A DNA stretch of 57,346 nucleotides from Armatimonadota bacterium (lineage in GTDB: Bacteria; Armatimonadota; SYMT01), in NCBI GenBank assembly GCA_046292385.1, contig JBKBRF010000045.1, forward strand, positions 1-57,346. The letters run 5' to 3'. Numbering within the stretch: the first letter of the stretch is position 1; the number at the start of each line of letters is the position of its first letter. Positions 8,795 to 18,728 of the stretch are shown in pieces. The notes beneath the pieces were generated by a model that did not search any database, was not told the DNA's origin, and saw only the letters and a program-made list of their open reading frames with translations. The position numbers were made by a program, and so were the translations under genes.

Positions 8795-9160
8795 GACAGC
8801 CGGGAGAGACCGGCACTTGAGGCGTGCGGGCCTGGCGAGACACCAGGCCGTGAAGGTTCGAGGGCGATCCAGCCGCCCCCACGTTACGCGAGGAGCTGTT
8901 TCGAACCACTGATGGCTCCCGAGCCGGGTCGCACCCGGCCACGCCTCCTGCCCATCGCGCAAGGCGGTGGGGGTCCGCAAGGACAGGGCTCTCCGGTGCC
9001 CGGCGGCTATCGAAACCGGAGAACGTCCGCCGTCGCTTCTGGCGACGGGTTGCCCACCGCACAGGCGGTGGTTGCGTCCAGCGGGGCGCAGGGCCCGCCG
9101 GGGCCTGGCCTGGACAGCCACCCGGCACCGGGGGTGTCGTTCCACGGGGGCGGCACCCCC
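8795..9160 (+). ncRNA. Candidate structured RNA / leader upstream of bet
   Basis: Intergenic region with at least 8 stems, including a nested four-way junction at 8964-9060. Confidence 0.4.
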
Positions 9161-9180
9161 ATCCGAACTGCGAGGTGAAG

Positions 9181-10374
9181 ATGATGACCGAGACAGCCGT
9201 TCACGAGACGCCGCGGTTCACACTGACCGAAGAGGATAAGGCCCTCCTCGCCAAGACGATGCTGGCGGAAGGGACGCCGGACGAGCGGGAGATCTTCTAC
9301 AAGACCGTCGAGCGCACCGGTCTCGATCCCTTCGCGCGGCAGATCTACGCGATCTGGCGCCGGGAAGGCGGCCGCGACGAGCGCAAGAAGATGACGATCC
9401 AGGTCTCGATCGACGGCCTGCGGCTCATCGCGCAGCGATCCGGCGAGTACGAGGGCCAGATCGGTCCCTTCTGGTGCGGATCGGACGGGGCCTGGAAAGA
9501 CGTGTGGCTGGAGAAGATCCCGCCCGCTGCCGCAAAGGTTGGCGTATGGCGGAAGGACTTCCGGGAGCCGCTCTGGTCTGTCGCCAACTGGGAGAGCTAC
9601 GTCCAGAAGAAGCGTGACGGCGGCTACCTCGGCCTCTGGGGCAAGATGGGCGCCCTGATGCTGGGAAAGGTGGCGGAAGCGCTCTGCCTTCGGCGCGGAT
9701 TCCCGCAGGAGACGTCCGGGCTCTACACGGCAGAGGAGATGGACCAGGCGGATCACCCGGAGAGCAGCGGCGACCGCGCCGCGACGCAGGCTTCCCGCTC
9801 CACCTCGCCGGTCACCACGCCGGCCCCGGAGAGCAGCGGCGATCGCGCCGCCACTCAGGCCGCCCCGGCACCGCAGCCGGAGCCCTCCGGACCCCCGGCC
9901 GAGAAGGCGCCCGCGGACCTGGCCGAGTACCGGAAGGCGTTCTTCGCCAACTTCAGCAATCACTTCGGCCAGGTGGATGACCACACCCGGCACGCCATCC
10001 TCTCCGACCTGCTGGGAAAGCAGATCACCACGCAGCAGGGCTGGACGATCAACCACTACGCGTCCGCGCTGCGCCGGCTCGAAGAGCACATGGGCCACTG
10101 CGACGTCTGCGCGGGGTGTCCGATCGCGGAGAAGCACCGGAAGGCCACACCCGCCCCCGCCCAGCAGGCGGCACCACAGAACGACACGCCTGCCGGGTCC
10201 CCCACCCCCGCGCCGCAGCCCGCCCCGCCGGCCGAGGGCGGCCCGATGGTCTGCACCGGCGACGGCTGCGAGAAGGCGCTCACCAAGAGCCAGCACAGCA
10301 TGAGCGTCCGCGCCTTTGGCCAGCCGCTCTGCCCCGCCTGCCAGAAGGGCGCCACCCGCCGCGCCGCCGCTTGA
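9181..10374 (+). CDS. bet: Phage recombination protein Bet (Red-beta/RecT-family annealase) with C-terminal Zn finger
   Basis: [58 protein letters not shown]. Confidence 0.9.
   Translation: MMTETAVHETPRFTLTEEDKALLAKTMLAEGTPDEREIFYKTVERTGLDPFARQIYAIWRREGGRDERKKMTIQVSIDGLRLIAQRSGEYEGQIGPFWCGSDGAWKDVWLEKIPPAAAKVGVWRKDFREPLWSVANWESYVQKKRDGGYLGLWGKMGALMLGKVAEALCLRRGFPQETSGLYTAEEMDQADHPESSGDRAATQASRSTSPVTTPAPESSGDRAATQAAPAPQPEPSGPPAEKAPADLAEYRKAFFANFSNHFGQVDDHTRHAILSDLLGKQITTQQGWTINHYASALRRLEEHMGHCDVCAGCPIAEKHRKATPAPAQQAAPQNDTPAGSPTPAPQPAPPAEGGPMVCTGDGCEKALTKSQHSMSVRAFGQPLCPACQKGATRRAAA
9757..9860 (+). repeat. Two imperfect ~35-bp repeats encoding [12 protein letters not shown]
   Basis: Copies start at 9757 and 9826. 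Confidence 0.8.
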
Positions 10375-10384
10375 GGAGATCCCC

Positions 10385-11125
10385 ATGTCCGTGACTGAGA
10401 CCCCCGTGATCGACAACCCGTTCGAGGACGCGCAGCCGTCGGATGAGACTCCCACCCAGCTCACCGAGGCCGAGGCCCGCGCGATGGGCTTCAGCGAGGA
10501 GGACCTCGCGATTCTGGTCGAGGCCGGCGTGCTGGTGGAAGAGCACCGCCGCGAAGCCTGGGAGCCGAGCACCCTCGCTGACGTCGCCTGGCTCATCCGC
10601 AAGCGCAAGCTGATCCGCTTCGAGATCTCCGAGCGCCAGCGCTGGCACGAGGAGGCCGTCGCGCGGCTCCAGCGGGCGGAGCAGGCGCTGAGCCGGTGGG
10701 ACGAGATCTGCGCGCAGATCACCCGGGAGAACCTGCCGCGGAAGAAGGACGGCTCCTACGCCGCGAAGAGCATCCCGATCGAGGGCGCGCTGGTAAAGCT
10801 CACCGCTCAGAAGGGCGGACCGAAGGTGGTCGATGAGCAGGCGGTCCTCTCCTACATCCTCTCCGGCGGCGAATGCTGCGTCGCCCTGGCCGAGGCGGTG
10901 AAGGTCTCCGTCACCGAGACGTTCGAGGGCCCGGCCGCGCTGGAGGTGCTGCAGGATCCCGCCTACGCGGAACTCGCGAAGCCGAAGGTGCTCCACCAGC
11001 CGGTGCGGGACTTCGTGGCCGGTTTACCGCCGCTCACGAAGGAGGAGACGGGGGAGGTGCTCGGCCCGGCTTCGATCCCCGGCGTGGAGATCGTGGAGCC
11101 GTCGGAGCGGTGGTCATGGGAGTGA
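10385..11125 (+). CDS. Mu Gam-like host-nuclease inhibitor
   Basis: VAWLIRK followed by a coiled coil and KSIPIEGALVKL...VVDE; adjacent to bet. Confidence 0.55.
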   Translation: MSVTETPVIDNPFEDAQPSDETPTQLTEAEARAMGFSEEDLAILVEAGVLVEEHRREAWEPSTLADVAWLIRKRKLIRFEISERQRWHEEAVARLQRAEQALSRWDEICAQITRENLPRKKDGSYAAKSIPIEGALVKLTAQKGGPKVVDEQAVLSYILSGGECCVALAEAVKVSVTETFEGPAALEVLQDPAYAELAKPKVLHQPVRDFVAGLPPLTKEETGEVLGPASIPGVEIVEPSERWSWE

Positions 11126-11179
11126 CTGGACGAGGCGGCCGCGGCGGCGCCGGCGGCACCCGTAGACTCCGCACCAGCT

Positions 11180-11518
11180 TTGACCTGGTGTCACTGGTGC
11201 CTGCGTCCCTGTCCCGGCCTGGATCCGGACGGCTTCTGCCTGGATGCCGACCGCGAGGAGCTGGCGCGCTACTCCCTGTGGCTGCGGACCGGCGTGATGC
11301 ACCCCAAGCAGGAGCGCTGGCACGCCACGGACGCGGGCGCCTGGCGGTGGCGCGTCTACCTCGACGGCGAGCCGGTGCGCCTTGCCTGGTCTGCCGACGT
11401 GGCGGCCGGCGAAGTGCAGGTCACCCGCACCGGCAAGAACGGCGTCATCCCGAAGGACATGGCGATCGAAGAGCTGCTCGAAACCCGCACCGGCCGGGTG
11501 GAGATTCGCGCGCGGTGA
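11180..11518 (+). CDS. Hypothetical protein
   Basis: ORF track; CHWC motif; start uncertain. Confidence 0.5.
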   Translation: MTWCHWCLRPCPGLDPDGFCLDADREELARYSLWLRTGVMHPKQERWHATDAGAWRWRVYLDGEPVRLAWSADVAAGEVQVTRTGKNGVIPKDMAIEELLETRTGRVEIRAR

Positions 11519-11527
11519 GGCCCTGAC

Positions 11528-11971
11528 ATGCCCCGGATCATCAGCTTCGCACACACCACGGCCGCGCTTGTGAACGGCTTCAAGACGGTCACCCGCCGCC
11601 CCTGGAAGGACCACTATGCCCGCACGTTCCGGGCCGGCGAGGAGCTGCTCGCCTACGATCGGACTCCCCGCATCGGCGGCGTGCCGGTCGCGCGCATCCG
11701 CCTCACCGCCGACCCGGTGAAGGAGCCCTGGGCCGACGCTCCGGACGCCGACTGGGAAGGCGAAGGCTTCCATTACCTGTTCGGCCGAGACGTGCGGGAA
11801 TTCCATCTCTACGGCTCCGCCCGCGAGGCGTGGGACCTGTGCAAGTCCGGCGACGCCGTGGAGTGGGTGGTCCGCTTCGAGCTGCTGGAGCTGCTGCCCG
11901 GCGCCGCCCCGTACCGCGATCCGCGCCCGCTCGACCAGATCCCCTTCGCGCGCCTGGAGGATGCCGCGTGA
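11528..11971 (+). CDS. ASCH/PUA-like domain protein
   Basis: ISF...GFKTVTRR...EGF...WVVRF. Confidence 0.65.
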   Translation: MPRIISFAHTTAALVNGFKTVTRRPWKDHYARTFRAGEELLAYDRTPRIGGVPVARIRLTADPVKEPWADAPDADWEGEGFHYLFGRDVREFHLYGSAREAWDLCKSGDAVEWVVRFELLELLPGAAPYRDPRPLDQIPFARLEDAA

Positions 11972-14631
11972 ATCGGCTCCTCGAAGCAGCATTGAGCTAC
12001 GCGCAGCGCGGCTGGCTGGTCTTCCCGCTCCACACTCCGGAGGGTGACGGCTGCTCGTGCGAGAATCCCGAGTGCGATCGGATCGGCAAGCACCCGCGGA
12101 CGAAGCACGGGTTGAAGGACGCGACCACCGATCCGCGGATCCTCAAGCGCTGGTGGGAGCTGCAGTGGCCGGACGCCAACATCGGCATCGTCACCGGCAG
12201 CGGCTCCGGCCTGGTGGTGATCGACGTCGATCCAGACCATGGCGGCAGCGACAGCTGGTACGAGGCGCAGCGCGAGCACCAGGGCTGCAGTGTCGACACC
12301 GTCGAGGCGATCACCGGCAGCGGCGGCACCCACGTCCTGTTCCGCCACCCCGGCGGGATCCGGATCGGCAACCGCCAGGAGTGGCTGCCGGGTGTCGACG
12401 TCCGCGGGGACGGCGGCTACATCGTCGCTGCGCCGTCGCTCCACGCCAGCGGAGCCTGCTACGAATGGGAGGCGTCCTGCCATCCGGACGACGTCTCGCC
12501 GGCGCCGCTCCCGGAGTGGCTGCTGGACCAGCTCGTCAACCGCCGGAAGACGGCCGAGGCGACCGGCCCCAAGGGCGTGGACCAGGGCCAGCTCGCGCTG
12601 GTCGACCCGGTCCTGGCCGGGTGCGCGTGGCTGCGTCACTGCGTCGACGATGCCGCCAGCCTGAAGGAGGCGCCCTGGCACGCGCTGGCGACGATCTGCG
12701 CCCAGCTCCAGGACGGACAGCGGCTCTACCACGAGTGGAGCAAGCCCTTCCCCCGTTACGACCAGGCAGAGACCCAGGAGAAGCTGGACCACGCGCGCCG
12801 CACCTCCCGCCCGCGCACCTGCTCCGCCATCCGCATGGAGTTGGACGGCGAGCCCTACTGCTCCGGCTGCCCCCACTGGGGCAAGATCCGCTCGCCGATC
12901 GCGCTCGGCCGGGGATTCATCGCGGAAGCGGATCTCCTGGCGCCGCCGCCGACGCAGCGGATCCAGGTCGGACTGCTGGAGGATGTCCCGCTGCCGGATA
13001 ACGTCGAGCGGCGCCGCCCCACCCCGCGCGCCAGTACCGCGGTGCCGCCGCCGGCCACCCGGAACGGTCACCCGAATGGGCACGCCAACGGCAACGGCCG
13101 CACCCAGGCGCACGCTCCCGCGGCCGCGCCGGCACCGGATGAAGCGGAGTGGGGCGCGCCGCCGCTCACCGAGGAGGCCCTGGGGCACGCGGCCGCCGAC
13201 GCCAACGAAGGTGAGGGCCGCGGCGGTCCGTCGGAGCTGTCTCTCGCTCGCGGCTGGGCCGGCGAGGTGCGGGAGCAGTGGGCCTTCTTCGAGGGCGCCC
13301 AGTGGTATCGCTACGCTCGCGGCTGCTGGCGCTACTCCAGCGCGGAGCGGGCAGAGGCGGAGCTGCAGCACTGGCTGGAGCGGGCCCGGCTCACCGGCAC
13401 GAAGGTCTCCGTCACGGCGCGGAAGGTGAGCAACATCCTCCGCCTGGCGCGGAACCACCTGGGCCCGCACGAACTGACGGAGCTCAACTCCCGGCCGACC
13501 TGGATCCCGCTCGCGAACGGCGTGTACGACACGGAGACGAACGAGATCCGGCCGCACTCGCCGAAGCACTGGCTCACCCACCAGCTCCCGTTCGCCTACG
13601 ATCCCGGCGCCGACTGCCCCCGCTGGAAGGAGTTCCTCCTGCAGGTGATGCTGCGCTCCGACGGCACTCCCTGCCAGGAGTGGATCGACGCGCTCCAGGA
13701 ATGGTTCGGGTACTGCCTCGTCCCGGACAACCGCTACCAGATGTCGATGGTCTGGGTCGGCGAGGGCCAGAACGGCAAAGGGGTCGCGACCCGTGTGCTT
13801 CAGGAGCTGGTCGGCTCGGCGCAGTGCTGCTCGGTGCCGATCGAGCAGCTCCACGATCCCTACTACCGCGCGAGTCTCCACGGCAAGCTGGTCGGCTTCG
13901 TGAACGAGCCGGACCCGCGGGCGATGCTCAAGAACGGCTCGTACTTCAAGGCGCTCACCGGCAAGGACGCGATCGACGGCCGCCGCCCCACCGAGAAGGT
14001 GTTCTTCTTCGTGCCGACGGTCCGCCTGGTCATCTCCTGTAACGCGCTCCTCACCACCCGGGATCTGAGCCACGGCTACTTCCGGCGGCTGGTGATCATC
14101 GAGTGGCGCTACCAGGTGCCGGACGGCCAGCAGGATACGAGCCTCGACGATCGCCTGAGCGAGGAGCTGCCCGGGATCTTCAACTGGGCCCTCGAAGGCC
14201 TGCGCCGGTTCCGCGAGCGAGGCTCCCGCCTGGACCGGCTGCCGGAGAGCGAAGCGCTCCTGAAGGACTACAAGCTCTCCGAGGACAGCTTCGCCCAGTT
14301 CCTGGATGACGAGTGCGAGCGGGGCCCGGAGCTCAAGTGGGTCACGGGCGACCTCTACGCCGCGTACGTCGCCTACTGCCAGGAGAACGGGTTCCCTCGC
14401 GCTCAGAGCAGCACCTCCGTCGGCACCCGCCTCACGAAGATGGGCTGCGAGAAGGGCAACACCGTGATCGATGGGGTGACGGTCCGGTACCGGCGCGGGA
14501 TCGCGCTGCGCGAGAACAGCCCCTACGCTAACGTGCGCGCGGGTCAGGGCCGGCGCCGCCGGTCCAAGCGGGAGTTCGATCCCGGCGAGCCGCCGCCCGA
14601 GCTACCGGCCCAGCGGGAGATCGTCTACTGA
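11968..14631 (+). CDS. Bifunctional primase-polymerase fused to a D5/P4-type SF3 helicase
   Basis: GWLVFPL, GKHP, ANIGIVTG, VIDVD, GGTH, DVRGDGGYIVAAPS; Walker A GEGQNGKG; RRLVIIEW. Confidence 0.92.
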   Translation: MNRLLEAALSYAQRGWLVFPLHTPEGDGCSCENPECDRIGKHPRTKHGLKDATTDPRILKRWWELQWPDANIGIVTGSGSGLVVIDVDPDHGGSDSWYEAQREHQGCSVDTVEAITGSGGTHVLFRHPGGIRIGNRQEWLPGVDVRGDGGYIVAAPSLHASGACYEWEASCHPDDVSPAPLPEWLLDQLVNRRKTAEATGPKGVDQGQLALVDPVLAGCAWLRHCVDDAASLKEAPWHALATICAQLQDGQRLYHEWSKPFPRYDQAETQEKLDHARRTSRPRTCSAIRMELDGEPYCSGCPHWGKIRSPIALGRGFIAEADLLAPPPTQRIQVGLLEDVPLPDNVERRRPTPRASTAVPPPATRNGHPNGHANGNGRTQAHAPAAAPAPDEAEWGAPPLTEEALGHAAADANEGEGRGGPSELSLARGWAGEVREQWAFFEGAQWYRYARGCWRYSSAERAEAELQHWLERARLTGTKVSVTARKVSNILRLARNHLGPHELTELNSRPTWIPLANGVYDTETNEIRPHSPKHWLTHQLPFAYDPGADCPRWKEFLLQVMLRSDGTPCQEWIDALQEWFGYCLVPDNRYQMSMVWVGEGQNGKGVATRVLQELVGSAQCCSVPIEQLHDPYYRASLHGKLVGFVNEPDPRAMLKNGSYFKALTGKDAIDGRRPTEKVFFFVPTVRLVISCNALLTTRDLSHGYFRRLVIIEWRYQVPDGQQDTSLDDRLSEELPGIFNWALEGLRRFRERGSRLDRLPESEALLKDYKLSEDSFAQFLDDECERGPELKWVTGDLYAAYVAYCQENGFPRAQSSTSVGTRLTKMGCEKGNTVIDGVTVRYRRGIALRENSPYANVRAGQGRRRRSKREFDPGEPPPELPAQREIVY

Positions 14632-14650
14632 TGCCGCGGTGTACATACAG

Positions 14651-14880
14651 GTCCCTTGCGGGTTCCATACGGGTTAGGACGGGCAATCCGTGCCTGGTAC
14701 GTGCGGGTTGTGCGGGTTTGCAGGTTCTCCTTAGAGGGCTGCGGTACTCAACCCTCTCTCCTCGTACCTTCCCATGTCATGGAACTAGCAAGTACTTGCA
14801 AACCCGCAAGTACGGAGTTCAAAGCGTGGCTGGATTGCGGTCGATTAGTACATACGGGTTGATCTAAACCCGCAAGGGAC
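14651..14880. repeat. Iteron-rich candidate replication origin
   Basis: T(G/A)CGGGTT octamers in direct and inverted orientation; 14-bp perfect inverted repeat 14651-14664/14867-14880; palindrome GCAAGTACTTGC at 14788-14799. Confidence 0.65.
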
Positions 14881-14959
14881 TCGCACGTACATCCGCATGG
14901 GACGGGTGGACTCGTCGCGCTTGTCTTTGTTGTTCGAAGTTCTTGGAGATCCAGAGCGA

Positions 14960-16642
14960 ATGCTTCAACTGCGACCCTACCAGGAGGAGGCCGTGCAGAG
15001 CGTGCTCGCCGCACGCGCCGAGGGCCTCCAGCGCGTGCTCTACACGAAGCCAACCGGGACGGGCAAGACCGTGACGTTCGTGGCGCTGCGCAACCAGTGG
15101 CCGGAGGGAGGCAAGACCCTCGTCATTGCGCACCGCGAGGAGCTGCTCGAGCAGGCAGCGGTCTCATTCCATCGCGCGGACCCGAGCGTACACGTCGAGA
15201 TCGAGCAGGGCAGTCGTAAGGCCAGTCAGTGGGCCGACGTGGTAGTCGCCAGCGTCCAGACCCTGGGCCGGAAGAACAGCACCCGGCTGGCGTGGCTGCG
15301 GGAGAAGCTCCGCCTGGTGATCGTCGACGAGGCGCACCACGCGCCGGCCCGGATCTACAAGGACACGTTCCACCGCTTCGGCTGCTACGACCTGGGCGGG
15401 CCCATGCTGGTCGGGTGCACGGCGACGCCGAAGCGGATGGACAAGCTCGGCCTGCACACCGTCTTCCAGCGGCAGGTGTTCTCCTACCCGATCCGGCAGG
15501 CGATCGAGGACGGCTACCTCTGCGACATCCGCGGCTTCCGCGTGAAGAGCACGGTCGACCTCTCCGAGGTGAAGACGGTCGCCGGCGACTACAACCAGAC
15601 CCAGCTCGCGGCCGCCGTCAACGTCGAGGCCCGCACGAGCGCCGCGATCCGGCACTGGCAGGAGGTGGCGAGCGACCGCCCCACCATCGTCTTCTGCGTC
15701 GACGTGGCCCACGCGAAGGACGTAGCCGAAGCCTGGCGGAAGGTCGGCGTCCCGGCGGAGCACGTGGACGGCACGATGTCGAGTGACCAGCGCCGGGCGG
15801 TGATCCAGCGCTTCAAGGCCGGCCGGATCCAGGTGCTCACCAACGTGGAGGTGCTCACCGAGGGGTTCGACCACCCACCCGTGAGCTGCGTGGTGATGCT
15901 GCGGCCGACGCAGAGCTGGGCTCTGTACTGCCAGTGCGTCGGCCGGGGCACGCGGATCCACCCGAGCAAGCAGGACCTGCTCGTCCTCGACGTCGTGGAC
16001 GCGTGCCAGCAGCACAGCCTGGCCACCGTCCCCGCCATCCTCGACCTGCCGCCGCAGCTCGACCTCCAGGGCCAGAGCCTCCGCGCGGCCGCCCGGAAGA
16101 TCGAGGAACTCGGGGAGAAGGCGGCGGTGCTCCAGTCGTACCAGCCGGAGCTGTTCTCCGACATCGACACAATGCTGGAACGCGTCGATCTGTTCGCCGC
16201 GGTGGAGCCGCCGCAGGAGGTGACGGACGCCAACTGCCGCCTGGCCTGGCTCAAGCTCGGCGACAGCTCCTACGTGATCGGCTGCGGCCGCGGGCGCGAG
16301 GCCCGGCTCACCCGGGATCTCCTCGGCGAGTGGACGCTGGAGATGAGCGACGCCGGTGGCGTGGTGAGCCGCGGCCGCCTCGATCCGGAGACCGATCCGC
16401 AGGACGCCCTCGCCCGCTCAGACGGCGCCGTACTGAAGCGCTGGTCCGACGCGATCGCCGTCGCCGGCCGCGGGATGAAGTGGCGCCAGGAGCCGCCCAG
16501 CGAGAAGCAGGTACGCTGCCTCCGCCGAATGGGCTACGCCGCCGAGGTGATCGCGACGATGACCAAGGGCCAGGCCTCTGGCCTCATCACTCAGCACTTC
16601 GAGCGCCAGGGCAACGGCGCCGGCGCGCGGAGGTCCGCATGA
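14960..16642 (+). CDS. SF2 DEAH-box helicase
   Basis: LRPYQ, PTGTGKT, DEAHH, TATP, LTEGFD, QCVGRGTR. Confidence 0.92.
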   Translation: MLQLRPYQEEAVQSVLAARAEGLQRVLYTKPTGTGKTVTFVALRNQWPEGGKTLVIAHREELLEQAAVSFHRADPSVHVEIEQGSRKASQWADVVVASVQTLGRKNSTRLAWLREKLRLVIVDEAHHAPARIYKDTFHRFGCYDLGGPMLVGCTATPKRMDKLGLHTVFQRQVFSYPIRQAIEDGYLCDIRGFRVKSTVDLSEVKTVAGDYNQTQLAAAVNVEARTSAAIRHWQEVASDRPTIVFCVDVAHAKDVAEAWRKVGVPAEHVDGTMSSDQRRAVIQRFKAGRIQVLTNVEVLTEGFDHPPVSCVVMLRPTQSWALYCQCVGRGTRIHPSKQDLLVLDVVDACQQHSLATVPAILDLPPQLDLQGQSLRAAARKIEELGEKAAVLQSYQPELFSDIDTMLERVDLFAAVEPPQEVTDANCRLAWLKLGDSSYVIGCGRGREARLTRDLLGEWTLEMSDAGGVVSRGRLDPETDPQDALARSDGAVLKRWSDAIAVAGRGMKWRQEPPSEKQVRCLRRMGYAAEVIATMTKGQASGLITQHFERQGNGAGARRSA

Positions 16643-17289
16643 GCGCCGTCTTCGACCCCGCAGGTCCGCGCTTGGAGCTGGAAGTCCCACTCCCGCCGCC
16701 GGACAACCAGTGCCACCGCAGCGGGCGCTTCAGCCGCTACGCCACGGCCGCCTACCGCGACTGGCTCGACGTGGCCGGCGAGCCGCTGCGCGAGGCGCTC
16801 GGCGGTTGGCAGCCCGACACCGAGCGCTGGTGGAGCGTGTCGCTGGTCCTGCGGCTCGGCTCCCAGGGCGACGGCCCGAACTACCTCAAGCCGGCCCTGG
16901 ACCTGCTCACCGGCTCCCGCGCCGCCCGCAGCGGGGACCGGGACCAGCACGGCAACAAGATCGACGCCGGCCGGATCATCAAGCCCGGCGCGCTCTGGAA
17001 TGACGACCGCCGGGTCGCGCGGGTGGAGCTGGTCGTCACGCAGGTCCGGCAGCCGGAGCCGCGCCTGCTGCTGATCGCGACCGCGGAGGAGCGGGGGCCG
17101 CTCGACTTTCGGGCGTGGCAGGAGGGGCAGGCTCGCCGGGAACGCGAGCGGGAGCGCCAGGAGGCCCGAGAGGAGCGCCAGCGGACGAAGGAAGCCGAAA
17201 AGGCCCGGAAGGCGGCTGAGCGGGCGGAGAAGCGGGCTCAGCGACCGGCCGCGAGCCGGCGGAGCCGGACGGCGGGAGGGCAGGCCTGA
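16639..17289 (+). CDS. RusA-like Holliday junction resolvase
   Basis: PLPPPDN, DGPNYLKPALDLL, WNDDRRV; GGAGG RBS. Confidence 0.65.
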   Translation: MSAVFDPAGPRLELEVPLPPPDNQCHRSGRFSRYATAAYRDWLDVAGEPLREALGGWQPDTERWWSVSLVLRLGSQGDGPNYLKPALDLLTGSRAARSGDRDQHGNKIDAGRIIKPGALWNDDRRVARVELVVTQVRQPEPRLLLIATAEERGPLDFRAWQEGQARRERERERQEAREERQRTKEAEKARKAAERAEKRAQRPAASRRSRTAGGQA

Positions 17290-18728
17290 TGCGTGTCGCA
17301 GCCCCTACGATCGCCCTGCTGCTCACCCGCCGGGGCCTCAGCGCCTGGCCGCACTTCCGGGCCGCGCGGACGGAGGCGCAGCTCGCCCACGTGCGCATGA
17401 TCACCGGCCTGCACCCGGACGAGCTCTCCGCACTGAAGCAGCTCCGCGAGAACCTGGACGGCCTCTCCGATCCGATCGTCCCGCGCGGACCGCACCAGGA
17501 CCCGGACGGCTGGTTCCAGCGCAGCACTGGCGCCGGAGTCAACCCCTGGCGGGTGAAGCCGGGGATCCTCGATCGACTGCTCGCCGGCCTCACGGTCCAG
17601 GAGCGCGCCTTCGGGTTGCTCCTCACCGTGCTGATGCCGGCGGAGAGCCATTTCCGCAACTCGCTGGAGAGCACCCTCAAGCGACGGCTGGAGCCGGACT
17701 GGGAGCGCCAGCGCGCGGAAGAGGATGCACGGCTGGAGAGGCAGCGCGCCGAGCGCGAGCGCCTCGCCGAGGCCGAGAGGAATGCCGTGGAAGCAACCGC
17801 GGCAGAGACAGCCCGCAGGCGGCGTGACGCCGCGGGTGGAGACGAACGACACATGGACGAACGGACGAACACGGCGACCCTGAACGGGCAGCCACCGGGC
17901 AGTAAGGATCGTGTGGCCCGGGCCCTCGAACAGCGAGGCCTCGACCTCGCGGAGCCGATCCCCGACCAGGCGAAGCGGGAGATCGCCCGCGTGCTCGGCC
18001 TCAGCACCAGCCTGGTGAGCGCGCACATCGCCAAGCTGCGGGACGAGCGTGGGATCGTGGTCGGCACCACCCGGCCGAAGAGCGAGGCCCGCACCCCGGC
18101 GGCCAACCCGGAGCCGGCGATCACGCCGGAGAGCACCGGGGACGCGGCGGCCGCGGAAGTGGCGCCGGAAGCTGCTGCCGCGGCTGAGCCGGAGCCGGGC
18201 GAATTCCCGGAGCCCCAGAGCTGGCAGCATTCCGCGGAGGTCAAGCGGCTCCAGGACGAGCTCGCCGCGCTCCGGGCCTCGTATGACGAGCGTGGCCAGG
18301 CACTGATCCAGGCCTGCGATTCAAAGGGCCAGATCGAGACCGACCTCGAGGCCACGCGTGAGCAGCTCCAGCAGCTCCAGGTGAAGTATCAGGACCTCCT
18401 GCTGAGCCGTGAGGAACTGCAGCGGACCATCCTGCGGCTCGGGCAGAACCTCCAGAAGGCGCTGCGGGGCGAGCCGGAAGAAGAGGGGGCAGGCTTCCCG
18501 GATGAGCGGATCATTCTCTGCCTGAAGCGGTATCAGCAGGGCCGGCCGGCTCCGCAACCGCCGGCTCGTCGGGTCTCGATCCTCGATGAGATGCTCCCGG
18601 CTCCGTCACCGGACTGGCAGCCGCAGCAAGGATGGGAGGCGCTCCGGCTTGCGCTGGACCACGATCCGGCTGTGCTCCTGCTGGCGGCCGACCTGGGCGG
18701 TCTGGCGCGGCGAGGGCCCCGACTATGA
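17289..18728 (+). CDS. Hypothetical HTH/coiled-coil protein
   Basis: KREIARVLGLSTSLVSAHIAKL HTH; long coiled coil; possible internal start at 17853. Confidence 0.6.
   Translation: MRVAAPTIALLLTRRGLSAWPHFRAARTEAQLAHVRMITGLHPDELSALKQLRENLDGLSDPIVPRGPHQDPDGWFQRSTGAGVNPWRVKPGILDRLLAGLTVQERAFGLLLTVLMPAESHFRNSLESTLKRRLEPDWERQRAEEDARLERQRAERERLAEAERNAVEATAAETARRRRDAAGGDERHMDERTNTATLNGQPPGSKDRVARALEQRGLDLAEPIPDQAKREIARVLGLSTSLVSAHIAKLRDERGIVVGTTRPKSEARTPAANPEPAITPESTGDAAAAEVAPEAAAAAEPEPGEFPEPQSWQHSAEVKRLQDELAALRASYDERGQALIQACDSKGQIETDLEATREQLQQLQVKYQDLLLSREELQRTILRLGQNLQKALRGEPEEEGAGFPDERIILCLKRYQQGRPAPQPPARRVSILDEMLPAPSPDWQPQQGWEALRLALDHDPAVLLLAADLGGLARRGPRL
18091..18152 (+). repeat. 62-bp element, copy 1 (inverted copy at 46575-46636)
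   Basis: 59/62 identity by manual alignment. Confidence 0.9.

Noticed and set aside
8850..8910. tRNA suggested by GGTTCGAG / TTCGAA
   Set aside because: I could not build a cloverleaf with acceptor stem and anticodon arm
9007..14073. Long antisense ORFs (e.g. 9007-10722, 11809-14073, 29930-32602, 45234-47243)
   Set aside because: Shadow frames of real genes in ~70% GC DNA; no recognisable motifs
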